From a virus: a DNA stretch of 37,534 nt. This document shows, in pieces, positions 31,223-37,534 of the stretch (its first letter is position 1; each line of letters opens with the position of its first letter). The position numbers and the translations under genes are program-made. Below the pieces are notes generated by a model that saw nothing but the letters and a program-made list of their open reading frames with translations, was not told the DNA's origin and made no database searches. The stretch is from the IMG/VR virus record IMGVR_UViG_3300031867_000233. One strand, 5' to 3'.

Positions 31223-31963
31223 ATGAGCAAAGTAAAAGACGAGAATTATATCCACATACCCGGTTGGGCTGTTACAAGGCTAGGGCTGAAAGGAAACGAG
31301 CTTCTTGTGTATTCAATCATATATGGATTTTCACAGGATGGTGAGACAAGGTTCACAGGAAGCCTACAGTATCTTGCAGATTGGACAAATTCAACAAAGC
31401 AAAGCTGTATAAAATGCCTAAAGTCATTGGCTGAAAAAGGATATATCACAAAGTATGAAAAGATCGTGAATAGTGTAAAGTTTTGCGAGTATCAAGCAGT
31501 TAAACCTAATTCTATGGTAGTAAACAAAGTTGAACAGGGTAGTAAACAAAGTTCACATGGTATTAAACAAAGTTTAACGGGGGGTATTAAACAAAGTTTA
31601 CCTAATATACTAGATAATAATATACTAGATAATAATATAGATAATAATATAGGGGAAAACAACAACACACCGAAACCTGAGAAAAAGAAAAGATTTGTTA
31701 TTCCTAGTGTAAAGGAAGTTCAGGCATATTGCACAGAAAGAGGAAACAACATTGATGCACAGCACTTTGTAGACTATTACAGCGCAAGAGGATGGATGCT
31801 TGGAAAGAACAAAATAAAGGACTGGAAAGCATGCGTCAGAACATGGGAAAGGAACGACAGCTTCAAGCCACAGAAACAGCAGGAACATCCAGAACACCGC
31901 AAGTACGATCAGAATGGCTATGAGTCGGAAGAAGAACTCATGAAAATATTATACGGCAAATAA
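31223..31963 (+). CDS. Replisome organizer / replication initiator (winged-helix N-domain, conserved phage C-domain)
   Basis: IHIPGWAVTRLGLKGNELLVYSIIYGFSQDGE...SLQYLADWTN...CIKCLKSLAEKGYI is a replisome-organizer N-domain. The C-terminus reads VQAYCTERGNNIDAQHFVDYYSARGWMLGKNKIKDWKACVRTWE. An alternative start lies at 31184. Confidence 0.75.
   Translation: MSKVKDENYIHIPGWAVTRLGLKGNELLVYSIIYGFSQDGETRFTGSLQYLADWTNSTKQSCIKCLKSLAEKGYITKYEKIVNSVKFCEYQAVKPNSMVVNKVEQGSKQSSHGIKQSLTGGIKQSLPNILDNNILDNNIDNNIGENNNTPKPEKKKRFVIPSVKEVQAYCTERGNNIDAQHFVDYYSARGWMLGKNKIKDWKACVRTWERNDSFKPQKQQEHPEHRKYDQNGYESEEELMKILYGK
31516..31652. repeat. Iteron cluster / putative origin of replication inside the initiator gene
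   Basis: GGTAGTAAACAAAGTT occurs twice (31516-31, 31538-53) and GGTATTAAACAAAGTTTA occurs twice (31559-76, 31583-600). AT-rich tandem repeats ATATACTAGATAATA/ATATAGATAATA follow (31604-31652). Confidence 0.7.
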
Positions 31964-31964
31964 T

Positions 31965-32026
31965 GTTTCAAAAAGAAACAAAGTACAACAAAAAGTATTG
32001 AAATTACTTTCATATTATGATATTAT
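31965..32026 (+). promoter_or_regulatory. Palindrome-promoter cassette B: GTTTCAAAAAGAAAC (31965..31979), 18 nt, TTGAAA (31998-32003), 17 nt, TATTAT (32021-26)
   Basis: Read directly. Confidence 0.65.
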
Positions 32027-32057
32027 AATAATGCAAAGAGAAAAGGAGAACAAAAAC

Positions 32058-32285
32058 ATGAAAACATACGTAACATTAGCAGTAGAAAAAGGAACAGGAA
32101 GAAAGGTATTTATTGAAGCAGAATACAAAACAAAGAAAGCTTTTGCTTCAGACTTATACGGAAATGGTTATCACCCATACAGAGGAATTGTTGAAGAAAA
32201 ATCCATTTATGATGAATGGCTTAATACAACAAACGGAACGATTGAAGAACTTAGAGAAATCAAAAGAAAGAGAGCTAACAAATAA
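32058..32285 (+). CDS. Hypothetical protein (75 aa)
   Basis: The ATG follows the RBS aaaaggagaa. The TTG extension to 31998 would run through the promoter and was rejected. Confidence 0.55.
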   Translation: MKTYVTLAVEKGTGRKVFIEAEYKTKKAFASDLYGNGYHPYRGIVEEKSIYDEWLNTTNGTIEELREIKRKRANK

Positions 32286-32473
32286 TGAAAAGAAAAGAAT
32301 GCGAGAAGCAGATCAGAGACTTGATGATTCAGATTCGTGACGTTTACAGGAAGTACGATAAAGATGGAGAATATCTTAGCTTTGCCATAATTGACAACAC
32401 CTTAATGGCAAATAATATGTGTTATACAGACGATGCGGATCATCCGATTAACATATATTATGTTATCAAGTAG
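32285..32473 (+). CDS. Hypothetical protein (62 aa)
   Basis: The ORF is coupled to the preceding stop (TAATG). Confidence 0.45.
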   Translation: MKRKECEKQIRDLMIQIRDVYRKYDKDGEYLSFAIIDNTLMANNMCYTDDADHPINIYYVIK

Positions 32474-32503
32474 ATAAAAAAGAACATTGGAAGGACTGAC
32501 AGC

Positions 32504-33346
32504 ATGAAAAGCATAGATATTTTTAAGGATGAAGAACCAACAACAGAAGCGATACAGCGCATGCTTGCCACTTGTGATGATAAATCTGAATATATCAAAG
32601 ACAATATGATTTACTGCCGAAAATGCCATGAGCCACGGAGATTATGGCTGTCGGGATTCGGTGAATATGTTTCTGTTATGTGTTCATGCGATATTGCAGA
32701 GCGTGACAGGAAGGAAGCAGAGCAGAAAAGGCGTGAAAGACTGGAACAAATTGCAGGATACAGAAACACAGGCTATCCTGACAAAGAGCTTCAGAAATGC
32801 CGATTTGATCACGATGATCGCAAGTCGAAGAAGGCTAGCGATATGTGCAGGAATTATGCTAAACGGTTTGACGAGTTCAGTAAAACAGGTAAAGGTCTTA
32901 TTCTGTTCGGAGGAGTCGGAACAGGGAAAACATTCCTTGCCTCATGCATTGCAAATGAACTTATCGACAATGGCATACCATGTCTTGTCACGAATTTTGC
33001 ACGTATCATCAATACGCTTCAGGGAATGTATGAAGGAAAGCAGAAATACCTGGACAGTCTGAATGAGTTTGATCTTCTGGTCATTGATGATCTCGGGATT
33101 GAGCGAAACACGGAGTACGTAAACGAGCTGGTGTACAATATCATTGATGCAAGATACAGGAGCGGAAAGCCGATGATAATTACAACGAATCTTAAGTATT
33201 CAGACCTGTACCATACGGAAGATACAAGCAAAGCCAGAATATATAGCCGTATCATTGAAATGTGCCTACCTGTACTTGTCAGCGGAGAGGACAGAAGAAA
33301 AAACAAGATGCAGGACGCAAGGCTGATGGATATATTAAACAGCTAA
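32504..33346 (+). CDS. DnaC/IstB-like AAA+ helicase loader
   Basis: Walker A is LILFGGVGTGKTFLASCIANEL and Walker B is LLVIDDLGIE. A downstream ...ARYRSGKPMIITTN region and an N-terminal Cys cluster are present. Confidence 0.85.
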   Translation: MKSIDIFKDEEPTTEAIQRMLATCDDKSEYIKDNMIYCRKCHEPRRLWLSGFGEYVSVMCSCDIAERDRKEAEQKRRERLEQIAGYRNTGYPDKELQKCRFDHDDRKSKKASDMCRNYAKRFDEFSKTGKGLILFGGVGTGKTFLASCIANELIDNGIPCLVTNFARIINTLQGMYEGKQKYLDSLNEFDLLVIDDLGIERNTEYVNELVYNIIDARYRSGKPMIITTNLKYSDLYHTEDTSKARIYSRIIEMCLPVLVSGEDRRKNKMQDARLMDILNS

Positions 33347-33348
33347 AT

Positions 33349-33410
33349 GTTTCAAAAAGAAACGAAATACCGGAAAATGTATTGAAATCGCTTTCATAAT
33401 ATGATATTAT
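33349..33410 (+). promoter_or_regulatory. Palindrome-promoter cassette C: GTTTCAAAAAGAAAC (33349..33363), 18 nt, TTGAAA (33382-87), 17 nt, TATTAT (33405-10)
   Basis: Read directly. Confidence 0.65.
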
Positions 33411-33441
33411 AATAAGCGTAAAAGGAAAGGAAGAAACAAAC

Positions 33442-33879
33442 ATGAAAAAATTAGCAGAAACATTATTGAACTACTACAAGGAACACGAGGACGACTTCAA
33501 TCATGACATCGAGGAACTGGACAGCTGGAACGGAATCCTCGGAGACAACCGTATTGAGGATATGGACATTCTTGATGAGATTTACCAAGGTACAGAGGCT
33601 ACCGAGATCCTGAGACGTGCGTATTTCGGGCATGACGATGATACATGGCACGAGGAAAATGGAGAAAAAGTCTACGGCGAGTTCAATCCGAACCGTGACT
33701 ATTTCTACTTTAACGGATATGGAAATTTGGTCAGCACAGATTATAAAGACTACAGTGATTATCTTGATCTTGATTATGTGCAGGACATCGTAGACAATTA
33801 TGGACATCTTGACCTGAGCGTTTGGGCACAGGAAATCATCGACAACTATGACGAGGACGGTGACAGCAATGAGAATTAA
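33442..33879 (+). CDS. Highly acidic hypothetical protein (145 aa)
   Basis: A hand count gives about 44 D/E versus about 9 K/R residues. It is the first gene after cassette C. Confidence 0.6.
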   Translation: MKKLAETLLNYYKEHEDDFNHDIEELDSWNGILGDNRIEDMDILDEIYQGTEATEILRRAYFGHDDDTWHEENGEKVYGEFNPNRDYFYFNGYGNLVSTDYKDYSDYLDLDYVQDIVDNYGHLDLSVWAQEIIDNYDEDGDSNEN

Positions 33880-34189
33880 GACATGGAACATTGAAGAAAT
33901 GACAGGATATACACCTAGAACAACATTCTATGAGGACTTCAGCATTGCAGACAATTTCGGTGTTCTTGCAATTCGAGATACGTATTGCAGAGCGTTCAAC
34001 GCATGGCAGAACAACATTGAATACATGACAGAGCTTGTAATGGTTCTGAATTGGAAGATCTGGGAGCATCACAGAAGTAACTACATGATCGCAGGAATGT
34101 ATGCCGATCTTTGGCGAGAAGCTGACCAGTGGGTAGTTGACCATTTCGATGGTGATGATCTTAAGTATTACATTAGAACAACGGACTAG
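33869..34189 (+). CDS. Hypothetical protein (106 aa)
   Basis: ATG 33869 overlaps the preceding stop. A terminator follows the ORF. Confidence 0.55.
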   Translation: MRIKTWNIEEMTGYTPRTTFYEDFSIADNFGVLAIRDTYCRAFNAWQNNIEYMTELVMVLNWKIWEHHRSNYMIAGMYADLWREADQWVVDHFDGDDLKYYIRTTD

Positions 34190-34207
34190 GAAAACCTAGT
34201 CTTTTTT
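34185..34207 (+). terminator. Rho-independent terminator
   Basis: ACTAGG-AAAA-CCTAGT followed by CTTTTTT. Confidence 0.7.
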
Positions 34208-34221
34208 ATTGAAAAAATTAT

Positions 34222-34283
34222 GTTTCAAAAAGAAACAAAATGCGGTAAAAGGTATTGCAATTTTTACCATATTATGGTATTAT
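34222..34283 (+). promoter_or_regulatory. Palindrome-promoter cassette D: GTTTCAAAAAGAAAC (34222..34236), 18 nt, TTGCAA (34255-60), 17 nt, TATTAT (34278-83)
   Basis: Read directly. Confidence 0.65.
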
Positions 34284-34328
34284 AATAGTGGAAAGAGGGA
34301 AAGGGAAATCCCAAAGGAGGAACAAATC

Positions 34329-34706
34329 ATGAAAGAAATTACATTAACAAATTATGAAAGCATTGAAAAGTTTATTGAAGCAGTTGAAAATGCTGAAAGA
34401 TGGGACGCAATCCCAAAAGAAGACTATGAAGAAGCATTTGACCAAGTAGCAGTTGAATCTTATAAATTTGATGATCCTGATGAATTGTGGGAAAACTTCT
34501 TACTTCATTATAAAGCATTCAATAGAGCAAATGAAATTCTAGAAGAACTAAAGGAAGAAGAAAGTGATGGCTATAGTCATTCAAGAGAGTTTTTCAGCTC
34601 GCTTGTTGGCGAAATATCAGGTAAATATTTTTCTAATTTATGGATGAATGGAAAGATTGATACACTAATTAATGAACTGATATTTGCCTATCCATACATT
34701 TGCTAG
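34329..34706 (+). CDS. Acidic hypothetical protein (125 aa)
   Basis: The ATG follows the RBS aaaggagga. The upstream extension to 34209 would cross the promoter cassette and was rejected. Confidence 0.6.
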   Translation: MKEITLTNYESIEKFIEAVENAERWDAIPKEDYEEAFDQVAVESYKFDDPDELWENFLLHYKAFNRANEILEELKEEESDGYSHSREFFSSLVGEISGKYFSNLWMNGKIDTLINELIFAYPYIC

Positions 34707-34764
34707 TTAAATATATATAGTGAAGCGATAACACTATAAACACTAGCTTTTGGAGGAAATAAAA

Positions 34765-34971
34765 ATGAAATTTAAAAAATGGGTTAGAACAATAGCAAAA
34801 TTATTATTTTTTATTGGCGTATGTGTAGTTTTCGGACTTGCTGGAAATTGCGATTTATACCCAACATTTCCAATGGAAAAGGTATTGATCTATACATTGA
34901 TATCTATAGTACTCTTTTCGCCTTATTTCTTTATTTTTGTACATGATATCGAGGATGATAGTAAAAAATGA
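34765..34971 (+). CDS. Small membrane protein (two predicted TM helices)
   Basis: MKFKKWVRTIAKLLFFIGVCVVFGLAG...VLIYTLISIVLFSPYFFIFV. The RBS is tggagga. Confidence 0.55.
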   Translation: MKFKKWVRTIAKLLFFIGVCVVFGLAGNCDLYPTFPMEKVLIYTLISIVLFSPYFFIFVHDIEDDSKK

Positions 34972-35162
34972 GTGATAAAAAATACAAATGGTGCAGGTTT
35001 TGCAAGTGGTTATGCCATGTTAAAGGATACTCTGGATTTTGTGAAGCGACTTACGAAACTCGTAATATCAATAGTCGTGGAGAGCACTGCGAGTACTACG
35101 ACTATGATCCAAATGACACATTTTACATGGTTGCTAAAAAGGTTATACGAAAGAAGCGTTAA
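34968..35162 (+). CDS. Small Cys-rich protein (64 aa)
   Basis: CRFCKWLCH...FCE...HCEY is a possible zinc-binding motif. The ORF is coupled to its neighbours. Confidence 0.5.
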   Translation: MSDKKYKWCRFCKWLCHVKGYSGFCEATYETRNINSRGEHCEYYDYDPNDTFYMVAKKVIRKKR

Positions 35163-35165
35163 AAT

Positions 35166-35624
35166 ATGAAGTTATCAGAATTTTTAGAAACAGCAAATTG
35201 CAGGCTTATCAAGATTGGCACATGTGGCGGTTCTTTTCTCTATTGTGGATCACTGAAAAACCTAGATACAAAGAAGGTTGACAGAAGATATCGAAAGTTT
35301 ATCAGAGAGAGAAGAAAAGTACATCTTGAAAACGTTAAGAGGTATCAGTCGAAAGGCATAATAATAAAGGAGGAAGTGCAAGGAAAGAATACAGATAAGA
35401 TAAGCCGTTATGGCAGATACATGACGGTTGAAGAATTTGTCAATCTGCGAATTGACGAAGAACGAAAGCGGTTTGAAAATTACGAAAGGAAAAGAAAAGA
35501 GTACAAGCCGATTGCAAAGCGAGAAATAAAGAAATGTTACAACAGCGTTCTATATGATGATTGCATTATTGTGATTTTAGAAGGAATGGAACATGGCAAT
35601 GTTTACGATATGGAGGACGAATAA
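35166..35624 (+). CDS. Hypothetical basic protein (152 aa)
   Basis: The ORF is tightly packed between its neighbours. No family was recognised. Confidence 0.55.
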   Translation: MKLSEFLETANCRLIKIGTCGGSFLYCGSLKNLDTKKVDRRYRKFIRERRKVHLENVKRYQSKGIIIKEEVQGKNTDKISRYGRYMTVEEFVNLRIDEERKRFENYERKRKEYKPIAKREIKKCYNSVLYDDCIIVILEGMEHGNVYDMEDE

Positions 35625-35903
35625 ATGAATTTAAAATTATATAACCAAGAGCAATTTTTAAAATGTGGCAGGACACAAGAGATCGTCTGGATTGAAGAGC
35701 TAGGAGAACTTCAGCATGAGATCACAAAGTCACTTAGAGGAATGTTAAGCAAAACTCACTTAGTCGAGGAATTTGCTGATGTGTTGATTTGCCTTGAACA
35801 ATTAAAAATCAAGTACAACATATCAGACGACCAGTTACAAGAGTGGATTGACTACAAGTACAATCGCAACTGCAAACGGCTAGAACAAGAAGAGGAGAAA
35901 TAA
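35625..35903 (+). CDS. MazG-like nucleotide pyrophosphohydrolase (small phage type)
   Basis: IEELGELQHEITKSLRG...LVEEFADVLICLEQL carries the EExxE...EExxD pattern of all-alpha NTP-PPases. Confidence 0.6.
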   Translation: MNLKLYNQEQFLKCGRTQEIVWIEELGELQHEITKSLRGMLSKTHLVEEFADVLICLEQLKIKYNISDDQLQEWIDYKYNRNCKRLEQEEEK

Positions 35904-35905
35904 AT

Positions 35906-36301
35906 ATGTTAGATGAAGAAACATACAAAAAAGAATTAGTCAGAATGTGGGACAGTATCAGAGATGATAAATACAAAGGCATTGATTCATGCGCAGGTGT
36001 AATTTATTGTGAGGTATGTCCACTTTATAAAATTGGATGTGGGTCGTTTAACGCCTTTGAAACGATTAAGGCAATTGAAAAATGGAGCAAAGAAAACCAA
36101 CCAAAAAAGTACAAAGTTTCTAGAATGGAATATGATATGCTTCAAATTTATGCAATTAATCATATTTCAAATAATGACACATTTAATGATTTTTGCACGT
36201 TGAGAGGGCTTCTTGATAAAGGATATTTTGAGGGAGCAACTGGAAGTATGCATATAGGCGAATATTACATAAATTGCGAGGTTGTAGACAATGATGACTA
36301 A
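35906..36301 (+). CDS. Hypothetical Cys-motif protein, tandem paralog A (131 aa)
   Basis: YKKELVRMWDSIRDD...CAGVIYCEVCPLY...WSKENQPKKYKVSRMEYDML...LLDKGYFEGATGSMHIGEYYINCEV. Confidence 0.6.
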   Translation: MLDEETYKKELVRMWDSIRDDKYKGIDSCAGVIYCEVCPLYKIGCGSFNAFETIKAIEKWSKENQPKKYKVSRMEYDMLQIYAINHISNNDTFNDFCTLRGLLDKGYFEGATGSMHIGEYYINCEVVDNDD

Positions 36302-36698
36302 AGAAGAATACAATCGCGAGACAGTTCGCATGTGGGATAGCGTGCGAACAAACAGTAAAGGCGAACATACCTGTTCAGGCGTACAGTGTGAAGATTGCCC
36401 ACTTTATTATGTGAGTTTGTGCCACTCATATGGTTCTATTAATGCTTATGACGTATATGAGAAAGCTATTAAATGCATTGATTATGTTGAGAGGTGGAGC
36501 AAGGAACACCCACCCAAAAAGCACAAAGTCTCACAGTTGGAGTATAACATTCTTCTTACGGCAATTGATTTTAGTGCAGAGGAGGAAACATTCAATGACA
36601 TTGACATTCTATATGGATTACTAAAAAAAGGATATTTCAATGGATCAACTCCAAGTATGCGTATAAGAGAATATTTAAAAAATTGTGAGGTTGCATAA
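36291..36698 (+). CDS. Hypothetical Cys-motif protein, tandem paralog B (135 aa)
   Basis: YNRETVRMWDSVRTN...CSGVQCEDCPLY...WSKEHPPKKHKVSQLEYNIL...LLKKGYFNGSTPSMRIREYLKNCEV is collinear with paralog A. Confidence 0.6.
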   Translation: MMTKEEYNRETVRMWDSVRTNSKGEHTCSGVQCEDCPLYYVSLCHSYGSINAYDVYEKAIKCIDYVERWSKEHPPKKHKVSQLEYNILLTAIDFSAEEETFNDIDILYGLLKKGYFNGSTPSMRIREYLKNCEVA

Positions 36699-36777
36699 TG
36701 GTAGACATACAAACAATATTGCTAGCTATATTTATAGCTGTAATATACATGCTTTTAACAGGAGGTGAGTGAAAAAA

Positions 36778-37044
36778 GTGAACAGAATAGAACGAAGAAT
36801 GTTTGAAGACATGGCAGAGCGCATTAGTAAATTGAATGATGAATTAGTAATGTCAAGCCGTGAATATGACGCATTGTTTGAAGAGGTAATAGAATTTTTC
36901 ATTAATGTAAAGAACGGACGAGATCTAGAAGCATGCGTTGAAGAATTTGAAATTGATCTATCGAATAATTGTGGCATTGAAGTTGCTAAAGAAATTGAAT
37001 TTGAAATAGCTAAAGAAATAGGATTTAGCAATACAGGAGTGTGA
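36778..37044 (+). CDS. Hypothetical acidic protein (88 aa)
   Basis: GTG 36778 is preferred, being 10 nt after GGAGGTG. GTG 36769 is an alternative. Confidence 0.45.
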   Translation: MNRIERRMFEDMAERISKLNDELVMSSREYDALFEEVIEFFINVKNGRDLEACVEEFEIDLSNNCGIEVAKEIEFEIAKEIGFSNTGV

Positions 37045-37046
37045 AA

Positions 37047-37214
37047 ATGACAGAAATAACAATGAAAGACGGCAAAAAATACATATTTAATTTAGACTAT
37101 GATTATGTATTTAACTTGATTTGTATGCTTGACGGAATCAAACTAAATGATATCAACGGCAATGATGTTTCAATCAGAGGAAAAGATATCGAAAGAATAA
37201 CAAAGGTGAGATAA
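37047..37214 (+). CDS. Small hypothetical ORF (55 aa)
   Basis: Hand-translated as MTEITMKDGKKYIFNLDYDYVFNL...ERITKVR. The RBS is caggagtg. It is below the ORF-track cutoff. Confidence 0.35.
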   Translation: MTEITMKDGKKYIFNLDYDYVFNLICMLDGIKLNDINGNDVSIRGKDIERITKVR

Positions 37215-37215
37215 A

Positions 37216-37368
37216 ATGAAATTGAAAAATCCAGAGTACATAAATGAAGAAATGTACACAGAAAATGACATGGCTGAATTTGTAAATTGCTTGCTATCTG
37301 TAATTATTGCGGGTCTAGAGCTGTTTACGGTACTGTTTGGCATATATGCAATAATCACATCACTATAA
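37216..37368 (+). CDS. Small hypothetical membrane-anchored ORF (50 aa)
   Basis: Hand-translated as MKLKNPEYINEEMYTENDMAEFVNCLLSVIIAGLELFTVLFGIYAIITSL. The RBS is aaggtgag. Confidence 0.35.
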   Translation: MKLKNPEYINEEMYTENDMAEFVNCLLSVIIAGLELFTVLFGIYAIITSL

Positions 37369-37407
37369 ACATAAAATGGCTCTTGAAGCCATTTGAGGGT
37401 GTCAGCA

Positions 37408-37534
37408 CAAAAGTAGCGTTGTGGATGTCAGCATCCTATACGGTAGAGGCGAAGTGGACACGCCTGTAAGAATAAGGATTGCCTGACTTGTCAGGTGGAA
37501 ACTTAAATATCAAACTTCTTAAATAGAACCGTCA
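37408..37534. repeat. Terminal direct repeat, copy 2
   Basis: Exact copy of bases 1-127. Confidence 0.95.

Noticed and set aside
2925-34236. Dispersed identical 15-mers considered as a CRISPR array or a MITE-like mobile repeat.
   Set aside because: The copies are kilobases apart, with no regular spacer length and no flanking target-site duplications. Each is tied to a promoter at fixed phasing, so a regulatory-site interpretation fits better.
36698-36772. A 24-codon hydrophobic mini-ORF (MVDIQTILLAIFIAVIYMLLTGGE) between paralog B and the next gene.
   Set aside because: It is too short to support from sequence alone and has no clear RBS. I note it only as a possible small membrane peptide.

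Overview
The window is one complete temperate siphovirus-type phage or prophage genome from a Firmicutes/Clostridia-like host. Bases 1-127 repeat exactly at 37408-37534, which looks like a circular assembly overlap, so the unique unit is 37,407 bp. Almost all genes are on the + strand; only the large serine integrase and the cI-like repressor are on the - strand.

Gene order:
- A roughly 615-nt non-coding, hairpin-rich region (37369..37407 continuing into 1..578).
- An AbrB-like gene, then the lysis cassette (Dp-1-type holin, membrane coiled-coil protein, GH25 endolysin).
- HNH endonuclease.
- An unusual four-gene module: GT-A glycosyltransferase, ParB-like protein, a paralogous GT-A glycosyltransferase, and UDP-galactopyranose mutase.
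- terS and terL.
- HK97-type portal, ClpP-like protease and capsid.
- Head-tail joining genes, major tail protein and G/GT chaperones with a -1 frameshift.
- Tape measure gene, split by an ORF-less td-like group I intron.
- Dit, then a CpG-rich 1030-aa fibre/depolymerase cassette, then Tal and a second receptor-binding candidate.
- attP region, serine integrase, cI/Cro switch.
- Erf/exonuclease/SSB/NinB-like/DUF1064 recombination module.
- Replisome organizer with internal iterons, then a DnaC-like loader.
- A string of small accessory genes.

Most interesting observations:
1. The late-operon Galf-type glycosylation module with an orphan ParB-like protein, whose target is unknown.
2. The group I intron in the tape measure gene.
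3. The compositionally foreign fibre cassette between Dit and Tal.
4. A perfect 15-bp palindrome, GTTTCAAAAAGAAAC, present five times. Four copies are rigidly phased upstream of near-identical promoters.
5. The large structured non-coding region with a 24-bp inverted repeat upstream of the lysis genes.

All functional calls come from reading motifs in the supplied translations and from memory of the protein families. No searches were run.
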